A DNA stretch of 64,000 bases, taken from contig JBMNJT010000002.1 of the NCBI GenBank assembly GCA_050951805.1, forward strand, positions 384,001-448,000. Direction: 5' to 3'. Positions 61,397 through 64,000 of this stretch are shown piece after piece (position 1 is the first letter of the stretch; each line of letters opens with the position of its first letter). The DNA comes from Bacillota bacterium (lineage in GTDB: Bacteria > Bacillota > DTU025). A program made the translations under genes and the position numbers. Under the pieces are notes generated by a model that did no database searches, was not told the DNA's origin, and saw nothing but the letters and a program-made list of their open reading frames with translations.

Positions 61397-62618
61397 TAAA
61401 TGGATTGTGCCGGGAGAGTCGTCTATCGCGGCAATCAGGCATGCTTGCCTTCCACGGGGATGTTATAGCTGAGCAACCCGACAGTGAACAGTTTTCAGCT
61501 TCCATAGCCCAAGTTAGCTAATGTGATGGCTGACAGCTGAAGGCAGAGATTGCCCATGCCAATGTCAAGGATTAAGGTTACGAAAGCCTAGATGCTTGGA
61601 TGTTCCAGTATCTTTGTCTGAAGATACGTAGATCGGCGGAACAAGCAAGTCATGGAGGCTGCTACGGATCACAGAAGCGGCAGCAGAAGTCCGTTCACCG
61701 AAGGATATAGACGATGCGGTTGCAAACCGTAGTTCAAAGGGTCATGAATACAGCAAAAACCGTTGGGACATTCGTATTCTCCAGAGCTGAACCCGAAAAA
61801 GAACATGTGGGCCGGGCCCCGAGAATACTCTGCCCGAAACAGTGCGTATGCAGTTAAGAGGGAGCCTTCGTATACGCGTACAACACACCAAGCAAAATGA
61901 GAAGGTGTGTGGACGCCAGATCGTAATTTGGGGCATCATGAATTCACTTTGCTTATTGAGGATTATCGTCCGTCCAACGGAAACTCCCGCTTCACGTTCT
62001 AGGCGATAGATGACTCAGTACGGGCCATTTGGTCAGGGCTTAGACACTTATCGACAATCCCCGCTTCAGGCTCGCACATCACATGATTGAGATTGCAGCT
62101 AAGAACCCCTCCATCACGCTCTTTGACCGGCCATACAGCAATATGGTAATCACTGGCGCTATGACAAAACCGTGTCGGGAAATTCACAGGTCACAGGTAT
62201 GCACCCATGAAACGGGGTCTAGTGCTACTCTTAGTTTGAATCCGATCTAGCCCAATCGCCTCCTTTCCGCACACTGTAATTGGTTGTTCTACAAAGCTGG
62301 TGCGCAGGCTTCCTAAACCCGCCTAAGGGCCACAATCCTGACCCACCACAGATCAAGATTACATGAAGAGCGCTGATGCGTTGCACTATCCAGTTTTCCC
62401 TGAGGAACGTTTTTACTTGTCCCTCCAATATCTTCGCATTCACATCGCCCATTTTCTGTTTTCGGACATTTGGCACTCAGAAGTGTTCAGTGCCTCTTCG
62501 AAGCCGTCCGGGAACCCTAGAGGCTGGAAGAGAAGGCAAAAGTTCATCATGTGTTCACATTCCCGACACATGACGCTGGTAATCTGTGCTCAGGCGGTGA
62601 GTGATGGAGGTCGAAGGC

Positions 62619-63806
62619 ATGAAACGAAGCAAAACTGCTGTGATCATTGTGTTGCTGATTGCCGTGGCGGGCGGTGCCGGATTCATGTGGTGGAATCGCT
62701 CCAGGTCGAAGCCAGGAGCCGCGAGCAACCCATACATACCTATCGAGGTCAGACGGGGAGAGCTCTCAACTGACATCTATGCCACAGGCAATGTGCAGAC
62801 CATTCGGACTGTCGACGTATATCCAAGCAAGGCGGGCATCGTCGCCCGGGTGGATGTGGACGAGGGAACCGAGGTTAGAGCGGGGGACGTGTTGATCAGG
62901 TTGGAACGCGATGAATTGGAGGTGCAGCAGACTGAGGCTGAAGAGAGGCAGAAGCGGGAGAACTTGGCGTCTTCGGAAGTTGCCCTCGAGAAAATCCGGA
63001 GTCTCCATGCAAAGGGGGCGGCGACTGAGAAGGAACTCAGGTCAGCCGAGTCAGATGTGCTGCAGGCCAAAGAGTCCTATAATGCGGCAGCGCTAAAGCT
63101 GGATCGCCTTGTTACCAAAGCCAGCGACAGTGTGATCTGGGCCCCGATCAGTGGGGTGGTAAGCAGCGTGAAGGCGACAGTCGGCGCGGGCGTGTCTACA
63201 TCCAATCCTGTCGCCGTAATTACAGACCTCAGCGATGTAGTGGTCAGAGTGACCGTTGATGAGTATGACATAGGCTCTGTCGAGGTAGGGCAAGGCGCCG
63301 AGGTTGTCATGGACGCATTGGACGATCGGAAATATGCTGGCAACGTGTGTTTTGTGGGAAAAATCGGTCAAAACCAGTCCGGCGTGGTTGTATTCAATGT
63401 AGACATCAGACTGGACAACCCCACTCAAGATGTACGCCCGGGGATGAGCGCTGAGGCTAGCATCATGGTGGATCGAGTCGAGAACGCGCTCATCGTCCCC
63501 AACAGTGTTTTGGAAACGCGCAGAGGCGAGACTGTGGCCCGCATCTACAATGCTGATGGCAGTGTACAGTTGCGCCCTGTTATCGTCGGTCTCGCAACTG
63601 ATGGTGGAACTGAGATTGTGGACGGTCTGAATCTCGGAGACATGGTGGCAGTTCCAAATCCTAGGGCTGTATCATCAAATGAGGATCAGGGCTCTGCAGG
63701 ACGTGAACCAGAGCAAGGCATGCCGGGGATGATGCCCGGCGAGGCGCCGACCGGAGTCCCTGGCATGGGCGGTCCGAGCGGCGGATTCGCTCCACCTCAG
63801 AGATAG
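62619..63806 (+). CDS. Efflux membrane-fusion/periplasmic adaptor protein (MacA/HlyD-like)
   Basis: N-terminal TM; V..G..V..GD, APISGVV, VDEYDI, RPGMSA. Confidence 0.9.
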   Translation: MKRSKTAVIIVLLIAVAGGAGFMWWNRSRSKPGAASNPYIPIEVRRGELSTDIYATGNVQTIRTVDVYPSKAGIVARVDVDEGTEVRAGDVLIRLERDELEVQQTEAEERQKRENLASSEVALEKIRSLHAKGAATEKELRSAESDVLQAKESYNAAALKLDRLVTKASDSVIWAPISGVVSSVKATVGAGVSTSNPVAVITDLSDVVVRVTVDEYDIGSVEVGQGAEVVMDALDDRKYAGNVCFVGKIGQNQSGVVVFNVDIRLDNPTQDVRPGMSAEASIMVDRVENALIVPNSVLETRRGETVARIYNADGSVQLRPVIVGLATDGGTEIVDGLNLGDMVAVPNPRAVSSNEDQGSAGREPEQGMPGMMPGEAPTGVPGMGGPSGGFAPPQR

Positions 63807-63811
63807 GGGCG

Positions 63812-64000
63812 ATGGCAATGAGTCTCATCGAATTGAAGGAAGTCAGCAAAACCTACTCCATGGGAAAGGGATCTATAGAGGTTCGTGCATTGAAAGGAGT
63901 CGACTTGGCAGTGGACGAAGGCGAGTTCGTGTCGATCATGGGCCAGTCGGGATCGGGCAAGTCTACCCTGCTGAACATAGTTGGATGCCTTGACAAGCCC
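63812..64000 (+). CDS. MacB/LolD-type ABC ATP-binding protein, runs off the window
   Basis: [11 protein letters not shown]...ALKGVDL...[20 protein letters not shown]. Confidence 0.9.
   Translation, partial: MAMSLIELKEVSKTYSMGKGSIEVRALKGVDLAVDEGEFVSIMGQSGSGKSTLLNIVGCLDKP

Noticed and set aside
1-64000. CRISPR array, tRNA/rRNA, integrase or IS elements, att sites
   Set aside because: No regularly spaced repeats, cloverleaf or transposase/recombinase motifs were seen by eye. The island's left boundary lies outside the window.

Overview
About 64 kb of bacterial chromosome (roughly 50-55% GC by eye). The Firmicutes-like promoters, RBSs and riboswitch suggest an anaerobic Bacillota-like organism, which is an inference. 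1-20.5 kb is a defence island: a DUF3644/HEPN-like gene, a Druantia type III-like pair (1391-aa protein + 1620-aa DEAH/DUF1998 helicase), an HNH nuclease, a heavily decayed McrBC, and an XRE-IrrE gene with a broken PIN partner. 21-30 kb holds a GNAT, a YmfI/FabG-like SDR, a cobalamin riboswitch heading sucC-sucD-YidE/YbjL transporter, and a secreted DUF62-C/phosphatase fusion. 31-44 kb is a peptidoglycan sugar recycling cluster (Opp-type ABC, murQ, BadF kinase, nagZ, anmK, RpiR/MurR, namZ). 46-52 kb is an uncharacterised six-gene operon (two secreted M14 deacylases, DUF6305, a CapD-like GGT, a DctM-like permease, an unannotated 58-aa membrane protein). 52-64 kb has a sugar ABC with a nonsense-broken binding protein, a CofE-like ligase that shares an operator with a BlaI/BlaR1-like pair, a CapA-family gene, a candidate ~270-nt structured RNA upstream of DUF2284, and the start of a MacAB-like exporter. 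No rRNA, tRNA, CRISPR array or intact transposase was seen. All family calls come from motif recognition by eye; no database searches were run.
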